This document shows, piece by piece, positions 38,436-48,039 of a stretch of DNA of 64,000 nucleotides (the stretch's first letter is position 1; each line of letters starts with the position of its first letter). Source of the stretch: a virus; the IMG/VR virus record IMGVR_UViG_3300010160_000045, positions 3,816-67,815 of that record; one strand, given 5' to 3'. The translations under genes and the position numbers were made by a program. The notes below the pieces were generated by a model, which made no database searches, was not told the DNA's origin, and saw only the letters and a list, made by a program, of their open reading frames with translations.

Positions 38436-39239
38436 ATGGCTGCAAACTTCCCCTACTTTAAATTTACAGCAACAGAGTGGTTGACTGGAGATATTATCTA
38501 CGAAGATTACGAACTTCAAGGTATTTTTATAAATGTTTGTGCCATTTATTGGAACAGAGATGGCAAAATAACTTTTGATGAAATGAAAAAGCGAATTAAA
38601 AGCGAACGGTTAGCGGAATTAAGCGGTGGCTTTTTTTCGGTTTCTGATGGGTTAATTTCAATAGCTTTTTTAGACGAGCAATTAATAACTGCAAAACACG
38701 TTTCTAAAATTAATTCAAAAAATGGCAAAAAAGGAGGTCGTCCAAAAGCCTTGATACCATTGGAGGAAAAAGCGGTCGGTTTAATTCCGTTTAACGAAAC
38801 GATAACGAAAAAAAGCAATAAAGAAGAAGAAGAAGAAAAAGAAGAAGAAGAAGAAGTAGAAAATGTACATACACTTTCACCTTCGGTTAAGCCATCAATC
38901 TCTCAAAGTAAAATTGATAGGTTCAACCACTACTCATCTTGGGCGGCTGAAAATTCTCCAAAATTGTTAAAAATAAAAAAACCTCTTACCGCCACGCAAC
39001 TTTCGGAGATAAGAAGCAAGTATTCTGCCGAGCAGTTCAAGGAAGTTTGTTTTGCAATGGAGGCAAAAAAGGATTTTTTAAGCAAGTATGATAACTTAAA
39101 TCTGACAATGAGAAGCTGGCTAAAGCGTCAATTCGGAGATGGGGGAAGTAGTGAGCCACCACCAAAAATTCCATTGCAAAAAGGTATTCAGATGCCAAAA
39201 TTAGTAACCCCAGTAGTTAATTTCGAGGATGCGATATGA
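38436..39239 (+). CDS. Replication initiator-like protein (YdaU/DUF1376-like)
   Basis: 'FPYFKF...WLTGDI', 'NSKNGKKGGRPK' and a poly-E linker, upstream of the primase-helicase. Confidence 0.7.
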   Translation: MAANFPYFKFTATEWLTGDIIYEDYELQGIFINVCAIYWNRDGKITFDEMKKRIKSERLAELSGGFFSVSDGLISIAFLDEQLITAKHVSKINSKNGKKGGRPKALIPLEEKAVGLIPFNETITKKSNKEEEEEKEEEEEVENVHTLSPSVKPSISQSKIDRFNHYSSWAAENSPKLLKIKKPLTATQLSEIRSKYSAEQFKEVCFAMEAKKDFLSKYDNLNLTMRSWLKRQFGDGGSSEPPPKIPLQKGIQMPKLVTPVVNFEDAI

Positions 39240-41242
39240 TACAAACAGCAAAAGAGTACTACCAAAGCGGATTGAGTATAATCCCGATAGGAGAAAAGAA
39301 ACTACCGATAGGCAGTTGGAAGAAGAACCAAACAGAATTGATTGAGCCAAGTTTCAGCAGTTGCATCGGCATAGGAATTGTTTGTGGAAAGGTTAGCGGT
39401 GGTGTTGAGTGCATTGACATTGACAGCAAGTATGACCTAACAGGAAACTTGTTTGACAACTACAAAAATCTGATAAACGAGCTTGATAAAAACCTACTGA
39501 AGAAGCTTGTAGTCCAGTCTACTCCAAGCGGAGGCTATCATTTTGTTTATCGTTGTGAAACCATTGAGGGAAATAAAAAACTTGCCAACAGGCACACCAC
39601 AGAAGCAGAAAAGGCAGAGAATCCAAAGGATAAAATCAGGGTTTTAATCGAAACTCGTGGTGAGGGAGGTTATTTTATGGTCACTCCGAGCAATGGCTAC
39701 AAGGTGATTTATGGCGACTTAAATCAAATATCGATTTTAAGCGCATTAGAGAGAGAAATTTTGTTCGTGTGTGCAAGAACACTCAACGAGGTATTTGAAG
39801 CTGCCACAGTTAACAAAACACAGCAAAAAACGCTATTAGATAACGTGTCACCATTTGATGATTGGAATAATCGTGGAGATGTGCTAAGTTTTTTAGAAAT
39901 GGAGGGTTGGGTTGTAAAGTTAAGAAACGGTGCTAAGAATTTATTGCTAAGACCACAAGGGACAGGAATGTGGAGTGCTGATTGGAACGAAGAAAAGAGA
40001 ATATTCTATGTTTTTACATCTTCTTCTGAATTTAGCCAAGACAGAGGGTATAATGCAACACAAGTTTTAGCAAAGTTAAAGTTCAATGATGATTTTTCTG
40101 AATGTGCTAAGTGGTTATTGAAGGAGGGTTACGGAAGTTTTACTCCAGAAAATAGTAAGTTTGACAATAAGCAAAAAAAAGAGCCTGAATACCTAAACAA
40201 GACAGAGATAAACCTTGAAGATGATAACTTTGACTTTCTTGCAACAAAGGAAGACTGCGATACATTTATCAATCAAAAAATAGATGGAACTTTTAAGATA
40301 GCAGACAGCACAGGCTTTGAAAAATTAGACGAGTATTGGAGATTTAAAGATGCTTCTTTGGATATGGTTTTAGGACACGACAATACTGGAAAGTCTGTAT
40401 TAACTTGGTTTCTTGCTGTGCTTGATTGCTACTTTAACAACAAAAGCTACATAGTTTTTGCAGGAGAGAACAATGTAGGTATGTTAAAATACAAATTAAT
40501 GGAATTTTATGCCGCCAAACCTATTAAAAAAATGGGAGTTCTTGAAAGAGGCGAGGCAATGTCTTGGGTTGAGGAACACTTTGCCATTATAAGAAACGAT
40601 GTAGCTTATACTTACAAAGATATGCTTGCAATTGGTAAAAAGATGCTAAAGAAAAAGCATTACCACAGGTTTATTATTGAGCCATACAATGTTTTACATA
40701 AAGACAGCAACAATGAACATCAATATGACTACAAGGCTATGTTAGATATGAAACTGTTTATCACTCAAACAAAAATGGGTATAACTTTAAACGTCCACGC
40801 TGCATCAGAGGCGTTAAGGAAGACCTACGGAAAGGAACACGAAGACTTTGGATATTCAATGCCGCCAAATAAAGCTGATGCGGAAGGCGGAGGAAAGTTC
40901 CCAAATAAAGCAGACAACTTTATGGTGGTTCATCGTATGGCAGACCACCCAGAAAAGTGGATGTGGACACAAATTCACGTTCAGAAGATAAAGGAAATGG
41001 AAACAGGAGGCAAGAGAACATTTAAGGACAGCCCTTTTAAGTTAAAACTGCAAATTGATGGTGCTGGCTTTGAGGATGAGTATGGATTCAACCCAATAAG
41101 GGACAGAAGGATATTGCCTACCCAACAAACAATGCCACTTGAACCAACCATCAAGCCTAACGCAGACTTTGACAGACCAAGCATTCAAGTCAACAATGGA
41201 GGTTTTGTACCAAGAGAGATGACCGAAGACGAGCTGTTTTAA
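39236..41242 (+). CDS. Prim-pol primase fused to a DnaB-like (SF4) helicase
   Basis: 'IGIVCG.VSGGVECIDID', 'STPSGGYH', 'IETRGEGGY'. Walker A 'GHDNTGKS', plus 'IIEPYN' and 'KADNFMVVHR'. Confidence 0.9.
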   Translation: MIQTAKEYYQSGLSIIPIGEKKLPIGSWKKNQTELIEPSFSSCIGIGIVCGKVSGGVECIDIDSKYDLTGNLFDNYKNLINELDKNLLKKLVVQSTPSGGYHFVYRCETIEGNKKLANRHTTEAEKAENPKDKIRVLIETRGEGGYFMVTPSNGYKVIYGDLNQISILSALEREILFVCARTLNEVFEAATVNKTQQKTLLDNVSPFDDWNNRGDVLSFLEMEGWVVKLRNGAKNLLLRPQGTGMWSADWNEEKRIFYVFTSSSEFSQDRGYNATQVLAKLKFNDDFSECAKWLLKEGYGSFTPENSKFDNKQKKEPEYLNKTEINLEDDNFDFLATKEDCDTFINQKIDGTFKIADSTGFEKLDEYWRFKDASLDMVLGHDNTGKSVLTWFLAVLDCYFNNKSYIVFAGENNVGMLKYKLMEFYAAKPIKKMGVLERGEAMSWVEEHFAIIRNDVAYTYKDMLAIGKKMLKKKHYHRFIIEPYNVLHKDSNNEHQYDYKAMLDMKLFITQTKMGITLNVHAASEALRKTYGKEHEDFGYSMPPNKADAEGGGKFPNKADNFMVVHRMADHPEKWMWTQIHVQKIKEMETGGKRTFKDSPFKLKLQIDGAGFEDEYGFNPIRDRRILPTQQTMPLEPTIKPNADFDRPSIQVNNGGFVPREMTEDELF

Positions 41243-41307
41243 TTTAAACTAATTCTAAATAACACAAACAGTTTGGATAATAAAAGTACAAACATTATTT
41301 TTGTCCT

Positions 41308-41445
41308 ATGATATACTTCATTATTCTTTTAGCGATATTGATAGAGGCGATATTTTTACCTCGTTTAAAACACAGCAATGGGCATCTGTTTTGCTTTTAC
41401 GGAAGGATAGTAAATAAAAAACGTAAATATTTTAAAATATATTAA
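41308..41445 (+). CDS. Small membrane protein (45 aa)
   Basis: MIYFIILLAILIEAIFLPRL..., directly after TATTTTTG at 41296-41303. Confidence 0.5.
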   Translation: MIYFIILLAILIEAIFLPRLKHSNGHLFCFYGRIVNKKRKYFKIY

Positions 41446-41447
41446 CA

Positions 41448-41648
41448 ATGGACTGGAAAGAAATAGAAGAAGAATTTAAAGAAAAATTTCAAAGTGCATT
41501 TTCGTATGTAGTTTTTTTATGGCTAAAGGAGCGTATCGAATCGGATATTAACGTATCGAATCGTATACCACCATTAACCGAAGAAGAAAGGAGTGAGTTC
41601 TACACAACAAATTTAACCGCAGATATAAAAGTTAACTATGGAAAGTAA
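41448..41648 (+). CDS. Hypothetical protein
   Basis: 66-aa ORF within the operon. Confidence 0.6.
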   Translation: MDWKEIEEEFKEKFQSAFSYVVFLWLKERIESDINVSNRIPPLTEEERSEFYTTNLTADIKVNYGK

Positions 41649-41660
41649 ACTTGAAAATGT

Positions 41661-41921
41661 ATGAGACTTGTGCTGCCTATTATGTATTGCAGGGAAGGTT
41701 CTATGGGTAAGATGAGCAGTTCTATACCATTAGAAAGTTCAGACTTTATAATTCATCACGCAATATTTTACAGCATAGACACAATAGAAATGTTAAAAAA
41801 TAATCCAGACCAATGTATAGTATCAAACTCCAGCGGAGAGTATAGAGTAGCATTATCAATGAAAGAAGTAGACAAAAAAATTATGCATCAAAGGAGGGCA
41901 ATGTTTTATGGAGCAAATTAA
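41661..41921 (+). CDS. Hypothetical protein
   Basis: 86-aa ORF within the operon. Confidence 0.6.
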   Translation: MRLVLPIMYCREGSMGKMSSSIPLESSDFIIHHAIFYSIDTIEMLKNNPDQCIVSNSSGEYRVALSMKEVDKKIMHQRRAMFYGAN

Positions 41922-42147
41922 GAAACCTAAAGAGTGGAGAGAGTTTATGTTCCCCTACAGGCAAGTAAGAAAGGAGTTATTCTGCACAGCGGTAAGGCAA
42001 AAGCTAAACCCAATGTACAGCAAGTTAGACATCATAGCTGGCATAAAAGAAATGGGCTACAACGAGGTTGAGGCTATGTACTACTACAATGTTATTGAGG
42101 AGGTAAAGAGAGGTGGTCTAAAGGAAAGGAATGGAGAGGAAGATTGA
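41908..42147 (+). CDS. Hypothetical protein
   Basis: 79-aa ORF overlapping its neighbours. Confidence 0.6.
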   Translation: MEQIKKPKEWREFMFPYRQVRKELFCTAVRQKLNPMYSKLDIIAGIKEMGYNEVEAMYYYNVIEEVKRGGLKERNGEED

Positions 42148-42364
42148 CTTCACCTTAGCAGAACTAACAGATTTCTTTAGGGAGTTAAAGACACCAAAAG
42201 TAATTGAGAAGCATTTACTACGGACAATAGCAGCAACGAGAAAGGTAGGAATAAACAAGTTAGAGGAGATGGTAGGTCAGGAGGCAATAACAAGAGAGTT
42301 ATACGAGAAGATTAAGTTAGCAGTAGAAAATCCACAATTAAAAATAGAAATAAAAGTTTTGTAA
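42131..42364 (+). CDS. Hypothetical protein
   Basis: 77-aa ORF overlapping its neighbour. Confidence 0.6.
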   Translation: MERKIDFTLAELTDFFRELKTPKVIEKHLLRTIAATRKVGINKLEEMVGQEAITRELYEKIKLAVENPQLKIEIKVL

Positions 42365-42506
42365 TTAAAAATTAATTTATATATTTGCATCGCTTATTAA
42401 TTACACTTTGAAAATTCAAATAAAAAAACATTCCCCGAAACTAAATGTAGTTACTCCTTACGGTGTGATTAATAAGCCATTTAGCGTAGGGGACTATATT
42501 TTTATT

Positions 42507-43130
42507 ATGGAAAATACAGAAGAAATTTGGAAGGATGTAGTTGGTTACGAAGGGCTATATCAAGTAAGCAATTTAGGCAGAGTGATGTCTTTTAGAAAGA
42601 AATCAAACGGTTTATTAATTTTGCCTTCTTATCGAAGAAAGTATTTAGCAGTAAATATTTATATAAATGGCAGTGTAAAGAATTGTTCTGTTCATAGACT
42701 TGTTGCAATATCGTTTATCCCAAACCCATTAAACAAGTCACAGGTAAATCATATTGACGGAAACCCATCAAACAACAAACTTTCTAATTTAGAATGGTGT
42801 ACTCATTCGGAAAATCAATTACATTCTTTTCATGTGTTAGGCAGAAAATCCAATCGACCTATGTTGGGTATAAAAGGTGAAAATAACCCACTTTCTAAAA
42901 AGGTGTACCAATTTTCACTTAACGGTGTTCTTATTAATGAATTTGCATCAAGGGATTTAGCATTTCAATTTATTAAAAATAACATAAACTCAGAAGCATG
43001 TATAAGTGCAATCGCAAACGCTTTAATAGGATTATCAAGACGTTCGTATGGTAACAAATGGTCTTACTCTCCTAATTTTTTAGATATTGATATATTATAC
43101 AATAAAAAGAAAATTTACAATTTAAAATAG
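42507..43130 (+). CDS. NUMOD4-HNH homing endonuclease
   Basis: 'EIWKDVVGYEGLYQVSNLGRV', 'VHRLVA..F', 'VNHIDGNPSNN.LSNLEWCT' and a NUMOD1-like tail. The likely start is ATG 42507. Confidence 0.9.
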   Translation: MENTEEIWKDVVGYEGLYQVSNLGRVMSFRKKSNGLLILPSYRRKYLAVNIYINGSVKNCSVHRLVAISFIPNPLNKSQVNHIDGNPSNNKLSNLEWCTHSENQLHSFHVLGRKSNRPMLGIKGENNPLSKKVYQFSLNGVLINEFASRDLAFQFIKNNINSEACISAIANALIGLSRRSYGNKWSYSPNFLDIDILYNKKKIYNLK

Positions 43131-43137
43131 AAATAAA

Positions 43138-43374
43138 ATGACACAGAAACAATCAGTAATTGAACTATTTAAGTCAGGCGAGGAAGTAGACGCATTGTCG
43201 TGCTTTAAAGCCACAGGAAGTATGCGTCTTAGCGCAAAAGTTTTCAATATGAAAGTACAAGGATATGTCTTTGACGAAAGAACAGTATCGTTCAAAACAC
43301 GTTTCAGGACTACTGGAAGCATAAAGAAATACAAGCTAAACACAAAGAAAACACCTAAAAGTTTGTTACAATGA
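43138..43374 (+). CDS. Winged-HTH DNA-binding protein
   Basis: 'QKQSVIELFKSG...GSMRLSAKVFNMKVQGY'. Confidence 0.65.
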   Translation: MTQKQSVIELFKSGEEVDALSCFKATGSMRLSAKVFNMKVQGYVFDERTVSFKTRFRTTGSIKKYKLNTKKTPKSLLQ

Positions 43375-43583
43375 AATTTGAAGTAGAAGATGTAAAAGTA
43401 ACATACGTTCAAAAGGAAGATAGCTGCGACAGAAATCACTCACCTCAAGAGTTAAAAATATTTACTGATGATGCAGGTAGCGGTAAGTACATAGTATTTG
43501 AAACAGAACGATGGGCTATTGACAGTATTGATGAACTGATAGAGATACTTAACGACTTTAAAACAAGGGCTGGAATAAAATGA
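43371..43583 (+). CDS. Hypothetical protein
   Basis: 70 aa, ATGA-coupled. Confidence 0.65.
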   Translation: MKFEVEDVKVTYVQKEDSCDRNHSPQELKIFTDDAGSGKYIVFETERWAIDSIDELIEILNDFKTRAGIK

Positions 43584-43840
43584 AAAACACAGCACTCTTA
43601 AACTCCGAGGAGGAACAGATATACGAAGCCTATACTGTATTAGGAATAGCAGCAGTAAAGGGAATACTAAACTGCAACACAGACACCGCCAATAAGACCG
43701 TAAGGGCAATACTAAAGAAGGTAAGGGAGAACAAAACCTTTGAGGAGAGGCAGAGTGCAAGGTACGACAAGGTGAAGACAGCAATAAGTCAGGCTAAGTT
43801 TGATGGGGAGTTAAGCTATAGAGTTATGTCGGAGGTGTAA
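43580..43840 (+). CDS. Hypothetical protein
   Basis: 86 aa, ATGA-coupled. Confidence 0.6.
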   Translation: MKNTALLNSEEEQIYEAYTVLGIAAVKGILNCNTDTANKTVRAILKKVRENKTFEERQSARYDKVKTAISQAKFDGELSYRVMSEV

Positions 43841-43963
43841 TGTTTTGCGGCTTGGCGATGGCTACGAAGCGTTGGCATTGTGCGGTGGAGTAGCTTGCGC
43901 CAAACCGCTGTTATACGCTGTATTATTTTTTTTGTGCGTGGGCAATTAACCAATTTATAAATT

Positions 43964-44512
43964 ATGAAATTAGACTTAATAACAAACAAAGCTGAAAAGC
44001 AAGGAGAAGTAAATCCAAATGATGAATTTTACACTCCAAATTATGCGATTGAACCGCTATTGAAATACATTAAACCAAGTAGCAACATTTGGTGTCCATT
44101 TGATACACACGAAAGTAACTTTGTAAAATTGCTAATTAAGGCAGGACACAATGTTCATTGGACACACATTGAGGCAGGAATGGATTTCTTTACCGAAGAT
44201 GCACCAGTGCAAACGGATTACATTATTTCAAATCCACCCTATTCATTAAAAGCAGAAGTTTTTGAACGCTTATTTAAATTGGATATTCCCTTTGCAATGC
44301 TTGTTGGAGTGGTAGGAATATTTGAAAGCCAAAAACGATTTACAATGTTCAAAAATAATGACTTTGAAATAATGTATTTTGATAAGCGAATTAGCTATTT
44401 TAAAAGTTACGCAGACCAAAAACCAAGTTTAAATCCACCGTTTTCAAGTGTGTATATTTGCAAAGATTTACTTCCGAAGCAGATTGTCTTTGAAGCGTTG
44501 GCAAAAAAATAA
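43964..44512 (+). CDS. DNA N6-adenine methyltransferase
   Basis: 'DEFYTP', 'IWCPFD', 'DYIISNPPYS'. Confidence 0.85.
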   Translation: MKLDLITNKAEKQGEVNPNDEFYTPNYAIEPLLKYIKPSSNIWCPFDTHESNFVKLLIKAGHNVHWTHIEAGMDFFTEDAPVQTDYIISNPPYSLKAEVFERLFKLDIPFAMLVGVVGIFESQKRFTMFKNNDFEIMYFDKRISYFKSYADQKPSLNPPFSSVYICKDLLPKQIVFEALAKK

Positions 44513-44639
44513 TATTTCTTATAACGTATGGGTATTTGCGCTCGTTTTAATGGCGCAAATACTGTGTTACCTGCTGGTGCGGTTTATTTAGCAGGATTTT
44601 TATTTGTAAACGAAAAGAAAATTTAAAAAGTTTTAGAGT

Positions 44640-45356
44640 ATGAAATATATGGGAAGTAAAAATCGGATAGCAAAAGAAATACTACCGATAATGTTACAAG
44701 AACGAGGACAAAGAACTTGGGTTGAACCTTTTGTTGGAGGTGCGAATATTATTGATAAGGTGCAAGGGGATAGAATTGGTGGAGATAAAAACGAGTATGT
44801 TATTTCGTTATTTAAAGCACTACAAAATGGATGGACTCCACCAAAATATGTGAGTGAAGATGAATATAATAATATTAAAAACAATTTTAAAGACTACGAA
44901 AAACATTTAATTGGATATGTTGGCTTCAATAGTTATGGAGGTAAATTTTTTAGAGGTTATAGGCGAGATAATGAAGGGAAAAGAGATTATTGGACAGAAC
45001 ACTTTAATAACTTACAGAAACAAGTAGAAGTCATCAAAAATGTAGATTTCTTTTGCTGTGATTACAATGAATTGGAAATACCAAACAATTCAATTATATA
45101 TTGTGATATACCGTATGGAGAAACAGAAAAATACAAAGTGAATGGCGTATATGAGAGATTTAATTATGAATTATTTTGGGATTGGTGTAGGATTAAAGCG
45201 AATCAAGGACATAAAATTTTTGTGAGTGAATATAATGCACCTGCTGATTTTGAATGTGTATGGTTGCAAGAAGTATCAAGTAATTTAACTAACAATGATA
45301 AAGGTAAAAAAGCGGTGGAAAAACTTTTTAAATTTTCTCCCACAAATATTCAATAG
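44640..45356 (+). CDS. Dam/D12-class DNA adenine methyltransferase
   Basis: 'MKYMGSKNRIAK', 'WVEPFVGG', 'IIYCDIPY', 'IFVSEY'. Confidence 0.85.
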   Translation: MKYMGSKNRIAKEILPIMLQERGQRTWVEPFVGGANIIDKVQGDRIGGDKNEYVISLFKALQNGWTPPKYVSEDEYNNIKNNFKDYEKHLIGYVGFNSYGGKFFRGYRRDNEGKRDYWTEHFNNLQKQVEVIKNVDFFCCDYNELEIPNNSIIYCDIPYGETEKYKVNGVYERFNYELFWDWCRIKANQGHKIFVSEYNAPADFECVWLQEVSSNLTNNDKGKKAVEKLFKFSPTNIQ

Positions 45357-45459
45357 TAGTAGTATCGTAGCACTTGCAGGTAACTACCGTATATGCGCCA
45401 ATAGTATCGCATATACAACAAACAGTAAGGAGATAAGCGAATAAAAACACACTAATAAT

Positions 45460-45690
45460 ATGACACAATCGTCAATAAAGCTATCAGACACAATAGCCGA
45501 GATAAGCAAAGACATAGAACTTGCCAACTCAAAGATGAACCAACTCCTTGAAAACGACAAGGGAATCTGCTTCATAATAAAAGGAAATAAAGCAACAGAA
45601 CAAATAGACTTCCGAATGGACAAAACACTATTCGATATGTATTGGAACATAAGAGAGAAAGCATACAATAGATTAAAAGAAATAATATGA
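45460..45690 (+). CDS. Hypothetical protein
   Basis: 76-aa ORF with an A-rich start. Confidence 0.6.
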   Translation: MTQSSIKLSDTIAEISKDIELANSKMNQLLENDKGICFIIKGNKATEQIDFRMDKTLFDMYWNIREKAYNRLKEII

Positions 45691-45727
45691 ATAAGGTCGC
45701 AATCTGCGACTACAAAATAATAAAACT

Positions 45728-45979
45728 ATGGAAAGGACACACAAGTACACATTTGAAATTTACAACGGTAGAGTTAAAGTAAAATACAATGGTTGTGTAA
45801 TGTTCACGTTTAATCAGATTGATTTTCTGGGGTATTACTTTTTTAAGGACGATTCCTCGTTGTATGGTTGTACGTTGTACTTTTCACGAGAGAAAGCAGG
45901 TGCAAGCGAAATGGATGTCTACTTTAAGTCAAAAAAAACTTGGATGGAAGTAAATAAACTGCTTGACGAAAATATGTAA
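45728..45979 (+). CDS. Hypothetical protein
   Basis: 83-aa ORF. Confidence 0.6.
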   Translation: MERTHKYTFEIYNGRVKVKYNGCVMFTFNQIDFLGYYFFKDDSSLYGCTLYFSREKAGASEMDVYFKSKKTWMEVNKLLDENM

Positions 45980-46283
45980 TATGACAATAGACTACACAAT
46001 AGGCGATGACATAGTAGCAATAAAAAGCCACAGCCAAAACACTTACAAAGAAGGCGACGTATTCACCTGCATAGGACTCAAACAATCACCCTGCAAATGC
46101 AAAATGTTCACAGTAGACATAAACATAAGGTCAGCATACAAAGAAATGCTGTGCCTACATTGTAACTACACATTCAAATCTAACAATAACTGGTGGTTCA
46201 ACGCTAACCTATTTCGTAAACTCGACAACCTCGTTCAAATAAACGAAATAAACGAGATACTTAAACAGCCAGCTAAAGTGTAA
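45963..46283 (+). CDS. Hypothetical Cys-containing protein
   Basis: CKC and CxxC motifs. The start is probably ATG 45981. Confidence 0.6.
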   Translation: MTKICNMTIDYTIGDDIVAIKSHSQNTYKEGDVFTCIGLKQSPCKCKMFTVDINIRSAYKEMLCLHCNYTFKSNNNWWFNANLFRKLDNLVQINEINEILKQPAKV

Positions 46284-46372
46284 AACTGCCTTATTAAGAA
46301 TTATTCTAAATAATTTGCATATATCGATATAATTATTTATCCTTGTGCAAACAAATTTATAAATACAATATT

Positions 46373-47062
46373 ATGCAATCAAATGTAGTAATGAAATCGC
46401 CAGACCGCAACTTATTTGGAATAACAATAAGGCAAAACACTAAGGAGCAGTTCTTATCTGTTTCTGATTTGCAAAAGGCATACGAAACAGCAAGATGGCA
46501 ACATGGGTGGAGCGACAGAAAAGTAGCCGACATTCTAAATACTGAAATGACAAGAGAAAGGGTGTTTTCCTTACTGCAAGAGAAGAATCTCATAAAAGCC
46601 GACCGATTGGGTTTTATGGAAATGGTTAATAAAGAGGGGCTTACAAAAGTACTAAAGGGATTAGGGCTTTATAAGACAACAGGCAGAGGAATAAACAAAA
46701 CAGTAATGGCAGACCCTTACATTTGGGTATTGCTTGCTATGGAGTTAAATCCTTTACTGTGGGCTAAAACAATTATATTCATAACTGATACCTTAATATT
46801 TGACCGCATAGAAGCAGGAACAGAATATATGCCAATGAACACAGCTATAAAGTCATTGATAAATAATCCAGATTACGCTAAATACGCTAAAGCAATAAAC
46901 GAAAGAGTATTCGGAAGGCATATAACAGGGGCAAGGCAATTAGCATCATCAGAACAGCTTAAAAAGATAGCATCAATTGAAAGGTTTGTTATTAACGCAA
47001 TAGAAATGAAACTAATTAAAACAGATAACGACCTATTGAACGTAATCAAGAATTATAAATAA
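46373..47062 (+). CDS. KilA-N-like DNA-binding protein
   Basis: 'RNLFGITIRQNTK.QFLSVSDL', 'YKTTGRG.NK.VMADPYIWVLLAMELNP'. Confidence 0.7.
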   Translation: MQSNVVMKSPDRNLFGITIRQNTKEQFLSVSDLQKAYETARWQHGWSDRKVADILNTEMTRERVFSLLQEKNLIKADRLGFMEMVNKEGLTKVLKGLGLYKTTGRGINKTVMADPYIWVLLAMELNPLLWAKTIIFITDTLIFDRIEAGTEYMPMNTAIKSLINNPDYAKYAKAINERVFGRHITGARQLASSEQLKKIASIERFVINAIEMKLIKTDNDLLNVIKNYK

Positions 47063-47569
47063 ATCAGTATATTTGTAGCCAAGAAGAAAATAAAAACATG
47101 ATAACATTAATAAGAAACATAACAAAGGAAGTAAAGACGCAAAGAATAACTGTGCGTGTAGGAAAGGCTAATACAAAGGTAGTATGTTAGTCACGACTAT
47201 AAGAGAGGAGTATAACCGCCCCACATCAGCAAACAGCATCCCCAATCAAAATGACCCCCCAAACATCAAACAGAATTTGAAAACTGAAATCGATTTGCCC
47301 TTCATCCTTTCTCCCTTGCCTATTGTATTGGTTTTAGCTCGTTGTTGCTGCCTATCTTATAACCATCTGTTCCATTGGTAATAAAATCAGCTAAACATTG
47401 CGCTCCTTTGTCCTTTGCCTCAGCAAATTAACATAGCTTTAATCAATTAACCTAAAAAATTATACCTTTTCAAATATGTTCGTCGAAGGATTAATAAAGA
47501 TTTTAAGAAAAAAAGCGGGGTTTTATAAAATTAATCTACACTTTTTGCCCTTTCGTCATTATCCGACAT

Positions 47570-47663
47570 TAAACGTTTACAAACGGATAAAATTAATACA
47601 TTTGCACCTTAAAAGGAGCTATAATAGCCTACTAACCGTTTTTAAACGTTTGTAAACGGATAA
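47570..47663 (+). promoter_or_regulatory. Promoter flanked by two operator-like 21-bp repeats
   Basis: taaacgttt(ac/gt)aaacggataa at 47570-47590 and 47643-47663. TACATTTG at 47597-47604. Confidence 0.55.
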
Positions 47664-47667
47664 TTGA

Positions 47668-48039
47668 ATGCAAACTTACAGAAATTACTCCTATTCATTT
47701 CAAAAGGCTTTATTTTACCCTATTAAAGTAACTTTATTTGAACGTTCTATAAGTTTACCTATGTTGGTAAAGGAATTAAACAAAAAGCCCTTAGGAATCA
47801 ATTATACATTAAGTAGTTTAGATAATTGCTTCAAGGGACAAAATAACGCTTCTATATCTTTACACTATTATTCTAACATATATAACATCCTTTCTTTACC
47901 TCTCCCGACCCCTCAATATTTATATGATAGCTTTCTACGTTGGGAGGAGATTAAACGTTTTAAATTAGACAGGAGGAACGCTAACAGAATCAAAAAAGGT
48001 TTGTTGCCTGTTACCAGTATAAGCACCCGTATTAAATAG
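47668..48039 (+). CDS. Hypothetical basic protein, possibly an HTH regulator
   Basis: 123 aa with its own promoter. 'SLPMLVKEL...YTLSSLDNCFKG' is HTH-like. Confidence 0.5.
   Translation: MQTYRNYSYSFQKALFYPIKVTLFERSISLPMLVKELNKKPLGINYTLSSLDNCFKGQNNASISLHYYSNIYNILSLPLPTPQYLYDSFLRWEEIKRFKLDRRNANRIKKGLLPVTSISTRIK

Larger units (their letters stand above)
43838..45416 (+). mobile_element. Array of two integron-like gene cassettes with attC-like hairpins
   Basis: TAAY-hairpin-GTTA sites at 43838-43913 and 44522-44569, and a terminal TAAC site at 45381. Each cassette's two ends are inverted repeats of each other. Confidence 0.65.

Noticed and set aside
38820-38860. gaa triplet repeat
   Set aside because: It encodes the poly-Glu linker common in phage replication initiators and is not a separate element.
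42408-42506. N-terminal extension of the HNH ORF from TTG 42408
   Set aside because: It spans the structured leader. The NUMOD4 domain begins right after ATG 42507.
43838-45416. CRISPR array or IS/MITE interpretation of the hairpins
   Set aside because: There are no regularly spaced identical repeats, no transposase and no clear target-site duplication. The TAAC/GTTA cassette pattern fits better.
47184-47381. 65-aa ORF in the control region
   Set aside because: Poor start context and atypical composition spanning the skew switch. Probably non-coding.
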